Shown: positions 10,024 to 21,343 of the stretch, in pieces | How positions within the stretch are numbered: position 1 is the stretch's first letter | Layout of the letters: each line of letters starts with the position of its first letter | From: Escherichia phage EC101 | Sequence record: OL310488.1 | Direction: 5' to 3' (one strand) | Length of the DNA stretch: 64,000 bases | Translations under genes and position numbers: made by a program | Notes under the pieces: model-generated | Seen by the model: the letters and a program-made list of their open reading frames with translations, nothing else | Database searches by the model: none | Told to the model about the DNA's origin: nothing

Positions 10024-10231
10024 TTCAAAATCCGATTATTTTAATTCTCTCAATGATAAAGATAAAAATCTAATAAGACATTTTATTGTTGAGATGGGAT
10101 ATACTGACACACGTGATTTAAGAGAACATATATTTGAATGTGGTGTAGCTAAAAAGTTTTCATTCACATGCAAGTGTTTGAGAGAGGTAATTCAGCACTA
10201 TGAACAATTTAGTCGCAAAACACAATTTTAA
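10007..10231 (+). CDS. hypothetical protein; start uncertain
   Basis: track ORF begins at TTG; first ATG (10094) would give only 45 aa. Confidence 0.35.
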   Translation: MAREINSKSDYFNSLNDKDKNLIRHFIVEMGYTDTRDLREHIFECGVAKKFSFTCKCLREVIQHYEQFSRKTQF

Positions 10232-10308
10232 TAAAGCTTCTGTCCATAAGGATAAGAAGAAAGCGTTTAAAGAATCTAATCGCAAACAGAAACATAAGGG
10301 GAAGGTCT

Positions 10309-10587
10309 ATGATTATTGATTCTCAGTCCGTGGTTCAATACACAATCAAAATTGATATTCTAGAAAAGCTATATAAGTTTCTACCAAACCTATACCATTC
10401 AATTGTCAATGAATTAGTTGAAGAGTTACATCTTGAGAATAATGATTTCTTGATTGGAACTTATAAAGACCTCTCAAAAGCAGGATATTTTTACGTAATT
10501 CCAGCTCCAGGAAAAAGTATTGATGATGTATTAGAAACTATAATGATTTATGTCCATGATTACGAAATTGAAGATTATTTCGAATGA
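10309..10587 (+). CDS. arn: Arn, anti-restriction nuclease (inhibitor of McrBC)
   Basis: 92-aa acidic ORF, length and sequence consistent with T4 Arn. Confidence 0.85.
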   Translation: MIIDSQSVVQYTIKIDILEKLYKFLPNLYHSIVNELVEELHLENNDFLIGTYKDLSKAGYFYVIPAPGKSIDDVLETIMIYVHDYEIEDYFE

Positions 10588-10736
10588 GTCATAATCTTGA
10601 AAAGGTAATCGAGCATAATGTAGCTCAGGAACGCGAGTCGTTCAAGGAATTCGTAGAAAAAATTTTTGAAGAAAATAACACAGACCAGTTTACAAATCAA
10701 GCGTCTGATGATATTATAACAAAGTCAACTAATTGA
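10584..10736 (+). CDS. hypothetical small acidic protein (50 aa)
   Basis: ATGA overlap with arn stop; below ORF-track threshold. Confidence 0.4.
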   Translation: MSHNLEKVIEHNVAQERESFKEFVEKIFEENNTDQFTNQASDDIITKSTN

Positions 10737-10748
10737 GTGGTATAGTTA

Positions 10749-11021
10749 ATGAATAAAAACATTGATACAGTTCGTGAAATTATTACTGTTGCATCTATTT
10801 TGATTAAATTTTCCAGAGAAGATATTGTTGAGAATCGTGCTAATTTTATTGCATTTCTTAATGAGATTGGAGTAACGCATGAAGGTAGAAAGTTAAATCA
10901 GAATTCATTTCGTAAAATTGTTTCTGAATTAACTCAAGAAGATAAGAAAACCCTCATCGATGAATTCAACGAGGGTTTTGAGGGTGTATATCGATATCTA
11001 GAAATGTATACGAACAAATAA
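10749..11021 (+). CDS. asiA: AsiA anti-sigma70 factor
   Basis: 90-aa ORF; sequence MNKNIDTVREIITVASILIKFSRED... matches T4 AsiA as recalled. Confidence 0.9.
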   Translation: MNKNIDTVREIITVASILIKFSREDIVENRANFIAFLNEIGVTHEGRKLNQNSFRKIVSELTQEDKKTLIDEFNEGFEGVYRYLEMYTNK

Positions 11022-11678
11022 TTATTTAGCCCTTCCTAATATTCTGGCCGCCTGAGCACATATTGATTCAAGGCGGTCATTACTTATATGATCATTTCTA
11101 TACCAGTACATGGTTATCGTTCCAGCATAGATATTATCCAAATTAAAATATGGACAACTGTACATGTAGTTTATTTCGGGAGTAGGCTTTTTAGTTGGTA
11201 AAAAAGCAAATTTTGAGTCGGAATAATAATGACGTCCATTTAAATGAACTGTATATTCATCCATAGTTTTATCAACAGGATATCCTCCAAGTGATTTTTC
11301 ACTTATTGTTGAAGGTAATTTTCCTTCATATGCTATAATATCAACAAAATAGTTTAAGTTTTTAGGGCGGAAAGAATACACCGCACTAAAGTCTGCCTCA
11401 GATGATATGTGAACTATCTGGAGTTGTTCCAGGGCGACAGATTCAAAGCGTGCATTTCTTTCCTTTTCAATAATTTCACTGTATGTTTCATACTTTGATT
11501 GCTTATAGTACTCAAAGAAACTATCTCCCCTATACCAAACAATCGCCATCATAAACAAAAGAATTACGACAGCTACCCGGGAAGCAAGAACTTTCCCGGT
11601 AGCGTTATCTTTGAACAAGCGATCTAGAACACCAAATAGAATATCAGAGGGCGAAAATGATATTCTAGGTGCTGCCAT
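11022..11678 (-). CDS. t: holin T (lysis timing, lysis inhibition)
   Basis: 218-aa ORF, single N-terminal TM segment and large periplasmic domain; matches T4 T; AAGGAGGG SD. Confidence 0.95.
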   Translation of the reverse strand: MAAPRISFSPSDILFGVLDRLFKDNATGKVLASRVAVVILLFMMAIVWYRGDSFFEYYKQSKYETYSEIIEKERNARFESVALEQLQIVHISSEADFSAVYSFRPKNLNYFVDIIAYEGKLPSTISEKSLGGYPVDKTMDEYTVHLNGRHYYSDSKFAFLPTKKPTPEINYMYSCPYFNLDNIYAGTITMYWYRNDHISNDRLESICAQAARILGRAK

Positions 11679-11709
11679 AGACCCTCCTTTTAGGGGTATT
11701 TATTCAAAA

Positions 11710-12507
11710 TTATACTCTTGGACCATATATTACTCCAACATTTTGCCAAGTTGGAGCAGATCCTATGACAGCATAACCTGCTGCTCCTCCTGCACCAACC
11801 TTTAGAACTTTACCACCATCAGACCAGGCATTTTGTCCATTTCCTCCGGCATCGCCGCCCTGGCCAGAGTGAGCATTTCCGTATTGGTAACCACCTCCTG
11901 GGGCGACGTATGAAGCTGCGCCACCTGAGTAACCACCGCCACCACCTGGGCCAAATGGTCTTCCGCCGCCACCACCAATATCTTGCCAGTTTGCCCCTGA
12001 GTGAACACGGTAAGCAATGCCGCCACCACCGCCTCCGCCACCACAGATTACTCCACCATTGTTAATTCTTAATCGTCCACCAATGTCGTTTTGAATACAA
12101 TGCCCGCCTTGTTGTCCATTACCATCTCCACCGGAATGAGTCCATCCACCTTGTCCACCTCTACCCCACATATGAGCGCCAATAATATTTAACTGAACAT
12201 ATTCATTTGGTGTATCTCCGTACATGAAGAATAAAGGAACATCTTTAGAATATGATACTAAATCACCTGTAATATTAAACACTATAGGTGCATTACCTGC
12301 CTCAAAACATCTATCTCGGAACCATTGACCATTGAAGTTATGGTCTGCTCCAAGCGTGTGAATAATTTCTCGTGAGCGACCTGCAAATTGACTCATCCAG
12401 CAAGGAACACCCAATCTTAATTGACCAGCCGCTTGACTCATCCAGCGCTGACCCGTTTCATTTACGGATGAACTTCCAATCCAACCGGGAACACCAACTA
12501 CTGCCAT
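11710..12507 (-). CDS. 38: gp38 distal tail fibre adhesin, T2/T6 type with glycine-rich motifs
   Basis: 265 aa from the first ATG (GGAG SD 7 nt upstream); N-terminus [13 protein letters not shown]...; several poly-Gly runs (GGGGGGGG) separated by variable segments. Confidence 0.8.
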   Translation of the reverse strand: MAVVGVPGWIGSSSVNETGQRWMSQAAGQLRLGVPCWMSQFAGRSREIIHTLGADHNFNGQWFRDRCFEAGNAPIVFNITGDLVSYSKDVPLFFMYGDTPNEYVQLNIIGAHMWGRGGQGGWTHSGGDGNGQQGGHCIQNDIGGRLRINNGGVICGGGGGGGGIAYRVHSGANWQDIGGGGGRPFGPGGGGGYSGGAASYVAPGGGYQYGNAHSGQGGDAGGNGQNAWSDGGKVLKVGAGGAAGYAVIGSAPTWQNVGVIYGPRV

Positions 12508-12539
12508 AATTATCTCCAAAGGGGCAAAGCCCCTTGTTG

Positions 12540-15524
12540 TTAGAATTTAAAATAATTACTAATTTTGCGAGCAATTTTAGTGAAGAAAGGCGTTTTTAAT
12601 TCTTTAATTTCTTCGCTCATTTCTTGGATAGCCTTAATTAAAAGAGCATTTACAGCGGAGTTAGAAATTGTCAGAACATCAGAACCATCAACTTCAACTT
12701 TAGACACAGCTTCCGGTAATTCCTTTTCAAGGTCCTGAGCAATAATACCAACTTCGCGTTTAATAACACTACGGTCTTTAATAGACTTAACCTTATCGTA
12801 AATATAAACTTTCAGTCGGCATACTTTTTCAAGTGCTCCGTTTTCTAGCTCTTTTTTATTAATCTTAAGACGACCATCGGAACGAATATACACATCGTTA
12901 AAGTTACCATTACCAGGAGAATAGAAAGTACCGTCGTAATGAAATTCAAATACCGCGTTAGGGTGTCCAGTCGCTGGCGATGCCTCTGCAGATCCAACAC
13001 GAATAATTGCTTGCCCCCAATTGTTAGGGACACGACGAATACCAAGATCGACGGCAGTTACAAACCCTTGATTGGTGATTACACTTTTTCCTTTAATAAT
13101 TGGATAATAACAATCCTGTGAAACATAACCATGATCGACGAATAATGGAGCTTCTACTCGCCATTGGTTGCCCCAATCACCCGGTTGTCTAGCAATCCAT
13201 CCAGAACCGTTAATGTGTACACGATCGCGGTTAACGTTAACCATTGCGATATTTTGTGGATTTAGCGAAATCTCACCATTGTTTGTGATATGTACTGCCG
13301 CCTGAGTAGCATAGCTATAAAATGCTAGCGAATTATCAGCACCACCCTTACCAATATACCAGTTACCACTCCCGTCTACGTCACCACGAATATGCAAAGC
13401 ATTACCAGCAGTTGTTGATAATACAATAGAATCACCCGGACGTTTAATAATCAATCTACCTTCGGATTCAACTTCACCAAAGAATTTAGTTTTAATTGCA
13501 CCAGTCGCTAAAGTACGTTCAGTGGAAAAATGAACGCCTTTGCTGTCTTCTAACTGAATAATGTTATCGCGCGCATTATTACTATCACCCCAATGGTTAA
13601 ATTTAAAATAATCTCGTGATCCTAAACGTCCGGCATCAAAAGTCATCAAGCCTTTTATATTAATATCACCACCAAAAAATGCGGTGAGAGAATCGCGTTT
13701 TAATTTTAAAACGTTAGCACCACTAGTACCACCCAAAGTAACATCACCAGTTCTTAATTCATAACGGAAAGGTCTATTTGTATTAAAGTTTCCATCTTGA
13801 TCATTTTCGTCGGTGGAAAGAATATAAAGACTCTCTCCATCATTACGGAAAATTGTACCAAATTTTCCGCCATACATACGGAATGCATTAGATGAGCGGA
13901 ATTTAACTTCTGTTTTAAATGTGGTAGTGTTATTAAGGTTAACAGTAGAGTTAAAATTGGTAGGAGCACCGAAGTTAACAGCACCATTAAAATCTTGTTG
14001 AGCTGTCCATGTGTGGCGACCATCTTCAAGAACAACACGGCGGACTGTGCAAGTTCTATTTCCAGAATTACCGAACACACGAACGACAAAATAACGGTAG
14101 TTTGTCTGGGATACAGTACCGCGCCAAACCTGAACAGTACGCCCTGTGCTAGTGTGTTCACTAGGACCAACGGAAAACATAACCAGGTTTCCGTCAATCG
14201 TCCCCCAATCCATATTTGCTGGCATGTTCTTTATTTTGTTCAAAGGAACGCTAAACATACTACCAGGAACAAAATCAAAGGTTTGCCAATCTAACTCCGC
14301 TAATTGAGCTTTAATACCACCCATACCCAAAGTAATTGGAAGAGAATAAGATGTATATACTTCGTTCCATGCACCCCACGCACCACCAGTATATGCACGC
14401 TCAAAAATACGATCGCGAGTAGTTGCACCCGTTCCGGCAGTAGTAAATTTTTGGAAAATAGCACCACCAGAAGCACGCTGTTTAACTTCCAGCAAACCAA
14501 CAATAACGGCTGGTAAACCTTCACCAGTAGGACAGTTAATAACGGCATCAGTGCCTAAAATGTTATATAACCCAGGAGTTTTAAAATCATTCAGATCTCC
14601 ATCATAGAAAGTCGCTGGTGTGCCATGACCAACCTGCTTCCATTCCTCCCACTTAGGTGCACTAGCATCCCATGCAGCAGCGAGACAACGAGTATAAACC
14701 ATACCCATGCGGGTAGTATAACGCTGCGTTCTTGTGTATAAACCACCTTCAAATATTTCTAAAAATCCTTGTGCGGCTGATCCTTCTTCTGGATAATGGC
14801 GATCAAATGATGCGATTGCGCTTGAACTGTTTCTCCATAAGCCACAATGTTCTAATTCTCCCAAGCTATCAAGGTCAATCGTTTGTGAAAGTGGACGAGT
14901 TGACGCTTGAACATTACGCCACACACCCCATGGACCATCGACGCCATTCCATTTAGCAGATAAGGAACGAATATAGACGTTACCAGATCTTACAGTATAA
15001 CGCTGAGTGCCAGCAAATTGGCCGGCCACAAATACTTCTAGTACACCTACGGCATTTTCTTCTGGGAATTTATTTGCTGGTTGCGCATTTGTTGAAGTAG
15101 ATTTCGACCAAACACCAAGATATTCTTCAATGGGCCCATACGTATCTAAATTAGCATCAGTAGGTAATTCGCCATTATTTTTTATAAATGTTGTGCTATT
15201 GACATTTATGTCAGATGGAGTTAAGGTAATGTCCTTTGACCCATCAAAAGATATACCATTAATTTTCCTAGGTGTTTGCAATTTAGTAGCTGTGCTAGAA
15301 TTTCCAATTAAAGTTCCAGTTATATTTTCTGTAACCTCTAAAGACCCATTTATAGTTCCTCCATATTTTAAACCTAATTCTATAACACTACCTGAGTCAT
15401 CTTTTGTGAAAATTGTTTTATCTTTTAAGTTTATAGCCAATTCACCTTCGGCTAATACTGAAGCAGCAGGACGTTGACCTGCAGTTTTGCTTCTTTTAAA
15501 TTGTATTTGTTTTAAAGTAGCCAT
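12540..15524 (-). CDS. 37: gp37 long tail fibre distal subunit
   Basis: 994-aa ORF immediately upstream of gp38 and downstream of gp36; fibrous repeat-rich sequence. Confidence 0.9.
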   Translation of the reverse strand: MATLKQIQFKRSKTAGQRPAASVLAEGELAINLKDKTIFTKDDSGSVIELGLKYGGTINGSLEVTENITGTLIGNSSTATKLQTPRKINGISFDGSKDITLTPSDINVNSTTFIKNNGELPTDANLDTYGPIEEYLGVWSKSTSTNAQPANKFPEENAVGVLEVFVAGQFAGTQRYTVRSGNVYIRSLSAKWNGVDGPWGVWRNVQASTRPLSQTIDLDSLGELEHCGLWRNSSSAIASFDRHYPEEGSAAQGFLEIFEGGLYTRTQRYTTRMGMVYTRCLAAAWDASAPKWEEWKQVGHGTPATFYDGDLNDFKTPGLYNILGTDAVINCPTGEGLPAVIVGLLEVKQRASGGAIFQKFTTAGTGATTRDRIFERAYTGGAWGAWNEVYTSYSLPITLGMGGIKAQLAELDWQTFDFVPGSMFSVPLNKIKNMPANMDWGTIDGNLVMFSVGPSEHTSTGRTVQVWRGTVSQTNYRYFVVRVFGNSGNRTCTVRRVVLEDGRHTWTAQQDFNGAVNFGAPTNFNSTVNLNNTTTFKTEVKFRSSNAFRMYGGKFGTIFRNDGESLYILSTDENDQDGNFNTNRPFRYELRTGDVTLGGTSGANVLKLKRDSLTAFFGGDINIKGLMTFDAGRLGSRDYFKFNHWGDSNNARDNIIQLEDSKGVHFSTERTLATGAIKTKFFGEVESEGRLIIKRPGDSIVLSTTAGNALHIRGDVDGSGNWYIGKGGADNSLAFYSYATQAAVHITNNGEISLNPQNIAMVNVNRDRVHINGSGWIARQPGDWGNQWRVEAPLFVDHGYVSQDCYYPIIKGKSVITNQGFVTAVDLGIRRVPNNWGQAIIRVGSAEASPATGHPNAVFEFHYDGTFYSPGNGNFNDVYIRSDGRLKINKKELENGALEKVCRLKVYIYDKVKSIKDRSVIKREVGIIAQDLEKELPEAVSKVEVDGSDVLTISNSAVNALLIKAIQEMSEEIKELKTPFFTKIARKISNYFKF

Positions 15525-15532
15525 AAGTCCTC

Positions 15533-16183
15533 TTAATAATAGCCGAAATCTTGAACAGAATCCTTCATTACGATTTGGTCAAATCGTGGAACGTGTGAAG
15601 GTTGAGATGCAGGATTCTGTGAAAAAAGGTTTGGCGCAGTTAAATTTCCTGTCATAGTGTCTCCAGAGCGTAATACCCTAGAGTTTGCATTTGCTGTAAC
15701 AGTATTTATTGCTCCATCAACATAATCTTTACGAGTAACATCAGATGCTGCGGAAGGAGTAGATGTAACAGTTACAGATGGAGCCGTTACAGCTTTGGTA
15801 AATGTTGTCAAACCTTCTGGCGTAATCGTAATTTGTCCAGTAGTGATTTCACTACCTGCTGGTCTAAAACTAATACCGCCAGAAGAGCCACCAACTACAA
15901 GAGTATTACCAGTGCCGCCACCAGAACGAATTCGGATGGGGGTTTCATTATTACTTAATTGAAGATAACTATTTACCCCGTAATTAATAGTAATTGGACC
16001 GGTGTAAGTACCACCATTAGCTTTAGAAACGAAATCGTTATCAGCTGCCTGCGGTTTATTATATTCTGAATATATTTTAAATGATTTGTAGAGTACATCG
16101 TCACCGGCTGAATTCAATGGAAAATTTCCTTGATGCCAAATGACAGATCCACCCACAGTTGAACCTACTTTTAAATCAGCCAT
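15533..16183 (-). CDS. 36: gp36 long tail fibre distal connector (hinge) protein
   Basis: 216-aa ORF between genes 35 and 37; T4 gp36 is 221 aa. Confidence 0.85.
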   Translation of the reverse strand: MADLKVGSTVGGSVIWHQGNFPLNSAGDDVLYKSFKIYSEYNKPQAADNDFVSKANGGTYTGPITINYGVNSYLQLSNNETPIRIRSGGGTGNTLVVGGSSGGISFRPAGSEITTGQITITPEGLTTFTKAVTAPSVTVTSTPSAASDVTRKDYVDGAINTVTANANSRVLRSGDTMTGNLTAPNLFSQNPASQPSHVPRFDQIVMKDSVQDFGYY

Positions 16184-16206
16184 TATATGCCCCTTTATTT
16201 TAATAT

Positions 16207-16214
16207 TATTTATA
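16207..16214 (-). promoter_or_regulatory. late promoter TATAAATA (minus strand) upstream of gene 36
   Basis: plus-strand TATTTATA about 25 nt upstream of the gene 36 start, after a UUCG hairpin. Confidence 0.6.
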
Positions 16215-16245
16215 AAGAAAAAGGGAACCCGAAGGCTCCCTCAGT

Positions 16246-17361
16246 TTAAACTTCTCTAAATTCCTGTCCAAACACTTTGCCAGTTTTAGAAGAGGCTTGT
16301 GTAGGAAGTACCATTATATCTGGAGGTGAAGCCGATTCACAGACATAATTAACGCGAATACCGTTGACGCCAAATTCGGCAGGTTTTGAAATGCCGCCAT
16401 TTCTTGATACTTCAGAAAAACTTAAATTTCTCATGCCGCCTTGACCTGCTTGAGCAGTTCTTTGTGCATATATCGTAAATCCTACTGCATTTTCAGGAAC
16501 AACTACATAATCTTCTTTTAATTCCCAAGACCCAGCTTGCCCAGTAAACTCAGCTTGGGTCGAGGAAATATATCCATTTGATGCATCATAAAAACGAATA
16601 GATATATTTGTAGTTCCAAGATCAAGTAAATCAGCATCAGCATATAGTTGTGCTTTAAGATAAAGAACATCACCAGGAATTAAATTGTAGTCAGAAAGTT
16701 TACTTATAGCAGCTGAAGTTGGCAATCGCGCAATTTCATTATTAGTTCCTCCAACCGCAGACATAAATTGCTCAACGCTTTCGTATGTTCTTTTAGGAAA
16801 TCCTGTAGCTCCGACGTCTTCTAAACTATCAAATACAACATCTAAAATAGTTTGATAATCATCTGTGCTTTTTCTATTACTTAGTTTAACATGCTCTAAT
16901 GCAATAGCTCTTTTAGAAGAAGTATAAAAAGCAGCATATGACACGTCAAATCTTGACAATACTGAATCTGATGGAAAAACTGAAGTTCCTGCTCCCCTTA
17001 ACCAAGATACCACTTCAGGAGGAAAATTAACCTTTCCGCTAGTTAATATAGCAACAAGTCTATTGTTTGACAAAGAATTCATGAAACTGACAAAAGCGGC
17101 AGATGTTGTATTGTTTGAAGCAGAAAAAGCATATGACTTACTATCAACTAATGCTCCCGTAGAAGGGTCAAAAACTCTTAAATGAAGACCTGCACTAAAT
17201 GTTTGATTTCCAACGGGATTATCCTGAAATTTAACATACGGTCCTGCGGTAGAAAGCGGGCAAGAACCCGCTATGCTTATTTTATATCTTACTGAATTGC
17301 TTTCCGATAAAAATGGCGTTTGGACATATCCTTGTCCAAACTCTGCCATAAATTTTTCCAT
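16246..17361 (-). CDS. 35: gp35 long tail fibre proximal connector (hinge) protein
   Basis: 371-aa ORF; T4 gp35 is 372 aa; synteny. Confidence 0.85.
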   Translation of the reverse strand: MEKFMAEFGQGYVQTPFLSESNSVRYKISIAGSCPLSTAGPYVKFQDNPVGNQTFSAGLHLRVFDPSTGALVDSKSYAFSASNNTTSAAFVSFMNSLSNNRLVAILTSGKVNFPPEVVSWLRGAGTSVFPSDSVLSRFDVSYAAFYTSSKRAIALEHVKLSNRKSTDDYQTILDVVFDSLEDVGATGFPKRTYESVEQFMSAVGGTNNEIARLPTSAAISKLSDYNLIPGDVLYLKAQLYADADLLDLGTTNISIRFYDASNGYISSTQAEFTGQAGSWELKEDYVVVPENAVGFTIYAQRTAQAGQGGMRNLSFSEVSRNGGISKPAEFGVNGIRVNYVCESASPPDIMVLPTQASSKTGKVFGQEFREV

Positions 17362-17369
17362 AATACCTC

Positions 17370-20300
17370 TTATTCAACCCATTCAAATTTAACAGTTTTA
17401 TTCACTGGGTCAGGAATAATGCGAACATTACCAATTCGCAAGAAATCGCGAATAGTAAGATTACCTATTATTCCATTATCAGATGGGATCGCTCCTATAT
17501 CTGAAGGTTGAGGAGGGTTACCTCCGTCAAATACCTGAACAAAACTTGACCAAGAGTTTTTGGTTTTCTGCCATGTACGTGTCCAGCGAGTGGTACGTGC
17601 TTCTGGGGTCGTTGGATAAGTAATCCAATCTTGGTAAAGTGAATCAAGTGTGTTACCAAACTGAGTCAATGTACCAGGAGATTTAACTTCTTCACCACGT
17701 TCTAAGTATGGAAGTCCAGTCACTTCATTAGTTTTTTCAACCATTTTAAAATAACCCGGGAACTGGTTATAAGTGGCTGAATCATTAATATCGATTGACC
17801 AGAATCCTACTGTATCAGATGTTGGCGCACGGGTATATAAATCAGAGGTTTTAGTACCCTGAGAACGAATTCTCGAGTTAACAGTCAAACCACCCGAACT
17901 TATAGTAGCACCTTTTGCAATGATTAAGCTTTCACCAATCGTTACTTGGCCAGATGCATTATTAATAGCTAAAGGACGCAATCCATTAAATCCGCCAGTT
18001 TGATCACCCGATGCAGTAAGCATAAAATTCGTTACTGACCCGTCATTGCGAACAATGAAACCATAATTTCCGCTAATAGCACGGAAAGCATTTGCGCTTC
18101 GAGAAATAATTTCACCAGTTGCAGTGACTGAATTACCAAATGTTGCTACACCATTTGCATTCAATGTTCCTGAAGCATTAACATTTATCGGTGTTACTGT
18201 ACCGTTGATATTAAATGTTATATTTCCAGCTTTATTACGCTGAGAATAAAAATGACTAGACGTTTCATCACTAACTTCAAATACGGTAGAACGTGTTGTG
18301 TCTGATTCCCCACTAAACTGATTTCCCCACACTCTGACTGTCATCGTTTGAGCTGGGTTTGTTCCAGTTTGAGATCCTTTCTCAAAAATCAGACGAGTTG
18401 CCGTTCCAGTATTAGAAATAGTTAATGTACTATTTGCTGAAACTGATCCACCGAATGTAGCAGTACTAGATGATACAAGAGGGGCACTCAGATTCGTTTG
18501 TTGGGTTAAGGTTAGTGAACCATTAACTGTTTGTGCAATGTCCCTACGAATGAACTGGAGCGAATCTAGACCATCTAATAAATTACTATCTACAGCTTTT
18601 GCTTTTAATGGCAAATAATTTGCTAATACGCGATTTAATTCATATGGTGATACTGCATAACCATTTTTCTCATATGATTCTAATGGCTGTGTTGAACCTA
18701 CCGTATCATTACCAACAAACGTTAATGAACCAGAAGAAGTTTTAACAAACCCTCTTATCAGAGTAGTTGCTGCCCAAGTTGGTTCACTCTGCACAATCCA
18801 TTTTAAATTTTTTGGAGATACAGCAGTATTTGCTGACGTTCCAGTCACAGTTTCAGACTGAGTTGCAACTTTAATAACACCTTCTTGCGATTCGGTAGAT
18901 TTAGTACCTAAAAGCTTTTTAGGAGTTATTAAAACATTATCTAATGTTCCTGCAGCAGCTTCAACTTGTGTAGCTACACGAAGTGTACCACGCTGTGTCT
19001 CATTTGCTTCAAGAATATTAAGGGTATAATGGTCCCAGAGAGTTCCTGATTCAACTAATCCAGATAGAGCAACAACAGAAGTACGATCAGTACTATTAAA
19101 TCTGGTTTTAATTTTTAATGGTGTAGAGATACGAGTATCGTCGACGCCTGCGTCGAATTCAACCTGTGTAGCAATTTCAGCTATACCACTTAAACTTTCA
19201 GTTGCTCTACGGTCATTTAAAGTTTTAGGAGTGACTGCACGAGTATAGTCAGTTCCTGTATTAACTTCACTTTGCGTAGCAATTTCAATTAAACCAATTC
19301 TTCCATCAGTTGATGTCTTTTTATGTAACGTTTCTGGCGTTACAACCGCATTTGCCCATCCTTCTTGGCTTTGTCCAGCAATTACTTCACTTTCAACTGC
19401 TAAAATTACTGCGCCTTGTTGCGTTGGAGTAGCTTTATACTGATCCAAAGCTTTAGGTGAAACAACTAAATTATTAGTGTTTTTATTATAAACATTCGTA
19501 CCATTTAATTCACGACTAGAAGCTGGAGTAGCTCCTGCGGTAGATACAAAAGTTACAATACCCGATAATGTTTCAGAACCTTGACGAGCTTGAAGCTTTT
19601 TAGGAGTGATGATTGTAGTATCATCGATACCTGTATTAGTTTCCTGCTGCGTAGCAATTTCAGCAACACCTCTGCGAGTTTCTGTAGCAGTTCTTTCATT
19701 CAGCTTTTTAGGAGTGATGATAAGGTCATCAGCAAAAGAGAATGTAGTGTTCTGATTTACTTGAGCAGTAGTTGCTATTCTTGCGATACCTCTGCGAGTT
19801 TCTGTAGCAGTACGATTAGCTAACGTTTCTGGAGTAATTGCCAATTCTTTTTGCGGAGAATTTTCTAAATCAGCATTTGCTTGAGCTTGCGTAGCTAAAG
19901 CAATTACGCCTAATCTTGCTCTAGTAGAAGCATTTAAAGAGTCTACTCTTTCTACAGTTGGAACGTTTTGCTGTACAACCCAGTATTTTCCATCAGAATC
20001 TTCTATATAAGCAAGTTGTAAAACTGGAACATAATTAGTTTCACCGTTAAAAACTAATTCTTGAACTGTTACCCATTCAGCTTCAGGCGGATATTCTGAA
20101 CGTTTTGGGAATTGCAGCAATTGAACTGAAGAAGCAATTTTATCTTCACCAGCAGCTTTGATTTTAACTGTTTGTCCTTTTCTCATGTAATTCATGGAAA
20201 TTTTAACAGTATCACCAACAGAAATATCAGTCGGAAGCTGAAGTTCAATTGTTTGGGTTGTTCCATTATTCGCGCCAAATACCATGACTTCTTCATTTGG

Positions 20301-21239
20301 ACGAATATTTGAATTAGTTGTTATAATGCGTAAACGTGCTTTACTATCCCCGTCAAACAATCTCCACAATTTCTCATTATCGTCAAACATCAAGAAACCG
20401 TCAATCGATGTACGGCCTTCAATGGAATGAGTTCCAACTTCTTGCACTGACGTTGTTTCATCATATGTCGTAACAATTGTATGATAAAGTGGATTCAGTT
20501 TATCTAAATCAACGAAATTAATAATATCGCCATGATTAGCAAATCTCGGAAGTTTAACATTAATTGGTGCAGCAGAAGTAAATCTACGTACGATAAAATC
20601 ATTAGATTGTGCTTGATACGCAGTCGATGGAGTAACAATCGCAGCTTCTCTGCTATAATCAGCAATATACATTTGCCACAAACGATTATTAAAAATGAAT
20701 ACCATCTGTGACTTTGGATGAGTCATTAAAACTGAACGTACCTGTTCACCTCTAAAATTGACAATACTCTGATTTGAAGAATTTATTTTAACCTGATTTA
20801 TGCCAGGTTTTCCACCGATATCTTGAATTATTACGGTTTCTCCATCAAGCGGAGAAGGTGGTAAAGTAAACTCAATGTCATTGCCAACTGATGTATCTAC
20901 TGAAATTGCTTCTCCGGATTTTAATTGATATGGTCCAGATGATACAGTTGTATATACGGCATCAGTACGTAATGCTTTCCAACGAATTCTATTAAAATTT
21001 CCAGCAGGTTTTGGAATATTATCCGTTGCTGCCCAAAAACGATTATTATAAATGATTACAAAATCTTTTAAATATCCACGAGTTGGATCATATTGCTGAA
21101 CTGTGTTTTCTTGAATTAAGTAATCAACGTTAACACCGTCAGTTCCTACGGTACGATCAGCTAAAGCTACGTTGATTATTTTATCGCCACCTGCGTCCAG
21201 ACCATCTTCTGCTCTGAACTTTCTTTTAATCTCGGCCAT
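17370..21239 (-). CDS. 34: gp34 long tail fibre proximal subunit
   Basis: 1289-aa ORF, identical in length to T4 gp34; internal repeat motifs. Confidence 0.95.
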   Translation of the reverse strand: MAEIKRKFRAEDGLDAGGDKIINVALADRTVGTDGVNVDYLIQENTVQQYDPTRGYLKDFVIIYNNRFWAATDNIPKPAGNFNRIRWKALRTDAVYTTVSSGPYQLKSGEAISVDTSVGNDIEFTLPPSPLDGETVIIQDIGGKPGINQVKINSSNQSIVNFRGEQVRSVLMTHPKSQMVFIFNNRLWQMYIADYSREAAIVTPSTAYQAQSNDFIVRRFTSAAPINVKLPRFANHGDIINFVDLDKLNPLYHTIVTTYDETTSVQEVGTHSIEGRTSIDGFLMFDDNEKLWRLFDGDSKARLRIITTNSNIRPNEEVMVFGANNGTTQTIELQLPTDISVGDTVKISMNYMRKGQTVKIKAAGEDKIASSVQLLQFPKRSEYPPEAEWVTVQELVFNGETNYVPVLQLAYIEDSDGKYWVVQQNVPTVERVDSLNASTRARLGVIALATQAQANADLENSPQKELAITPETLANRTATETRRGIARIATTAQVNQNTTFSFADDLIITPKKLNERTATETRRGVAEIATQQETNTGIDDTTIITPKKLQARQGSETLSGIVTFVSTAGATPASSRELNGTNVYNKNTNNLVVSPKALDQYKATPTQQGAVILAVESEVIAGQSQEGWANAVVTPETLHKKTSTDGRIGLIEIATQSEVNTGTDYTRAVTPKTLNDRRATESLSGIAEIATQVEFDAGVDDTRISTPLKIKTRFNSTDRTSVVALSGLVESGTLWDHYTLNILEANETQRGTLRVATQVEAAAGTLDNVLITPKKLLGTKSTESQEGVIKVATQSETVTGTSANTAVSPKNLKWIVQSEPTWAATTLIRGFVKTSSGSLTFVGNDTVGSTQPLESYEKNGYAVSPYELNRVLANYLPLKAKAVDSNLLDGLDSLQFIRRDIAQTVNGSLTLTQQTNLSAPLVSSSTATFGGSVSANSTLTISNTGTATRLIFEKGSQTGTNPAQTMTVRVWGNQFSGESDTTRSTVFEVSDETSSHFYSQRNKAGNITFNINGTVTPINVNASGTLNANGVATFGNSVTATGEIISRSANAFRAISGNYGFIVRNDGSVTNFMLTASGDQTGGFNGLRPLAINNASGQVTIGESLIIAKGATISSGGLTVNSRIRSQGTKTSDLYTRAPTSDTVGFWSIDINDSATYNQFPGYFKMVEKTNEVTGLPYLERGEEVKSPGTLTQFGNTLDSLYQDWITYPTTPEARTTRWTRTWQKTKNSWSSFVQVFDGGNPPQPSDIGAIPSDNGIIGNLTIRDFLRIGNVRIIPDPVNKTVKFEWVE

Positions 21240-21273
21240 TCTCCCGGGCTCCTATTGTGTTTTCAATAATAAG

Positions 21274-21281
21274 TATTTATA
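21274..21281 (-). promoter_or_regulatory. late promoter TATAAATA (minus strand) for gene 34
   Basis: plus-strand TATTTATA 35 nt upstream of the gene 34 start. Confidence 0.6.
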
Positions 21282-21284
21282 CCT

Positions 21285-21314
21285 GTTTACTTTAAGATTT
21301 AGATAGTATATAAT
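21285..21314 (+). promoter_or_regulatory. sigma70-type early promoter for rnh
   Basis: GTTTAC, 18 bp, TATAAT; divergent from the gene 34 late promoter. Confidence 0.5.
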
Positions 21315-21343
21315 AGAAATCTCACTAATTGAACGAGGTTCAT

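Noticed and set aside
11802-12044. 80-aa minus-strand ORF in an alternative frame of gp38, and 11611..11805 on the plus strand
   Set aside because: Arises from the GC-rich glycine-codon repeats of the gp38 glycine-rich motifs; alternative frame of a confidently called gene.
11980-12070. Low-complexity GGTGG/GCCGCC-rich DNA that could look like a simple repeat or repeat array
   Set aside because: It is the coding sequence of the gp38 poly-glycine motifs, in frame and part of the adhesin gene; not a CRISPR or satellite repeat.
12845-15477. Multiple ORFs on both strands within gene 37 (for example 13754..14197 minus, 15007..15477 plus)
   Set aside because: Nested inside the 994-aa tail fibre gene; no independent start signals; typical shadow ORFs.
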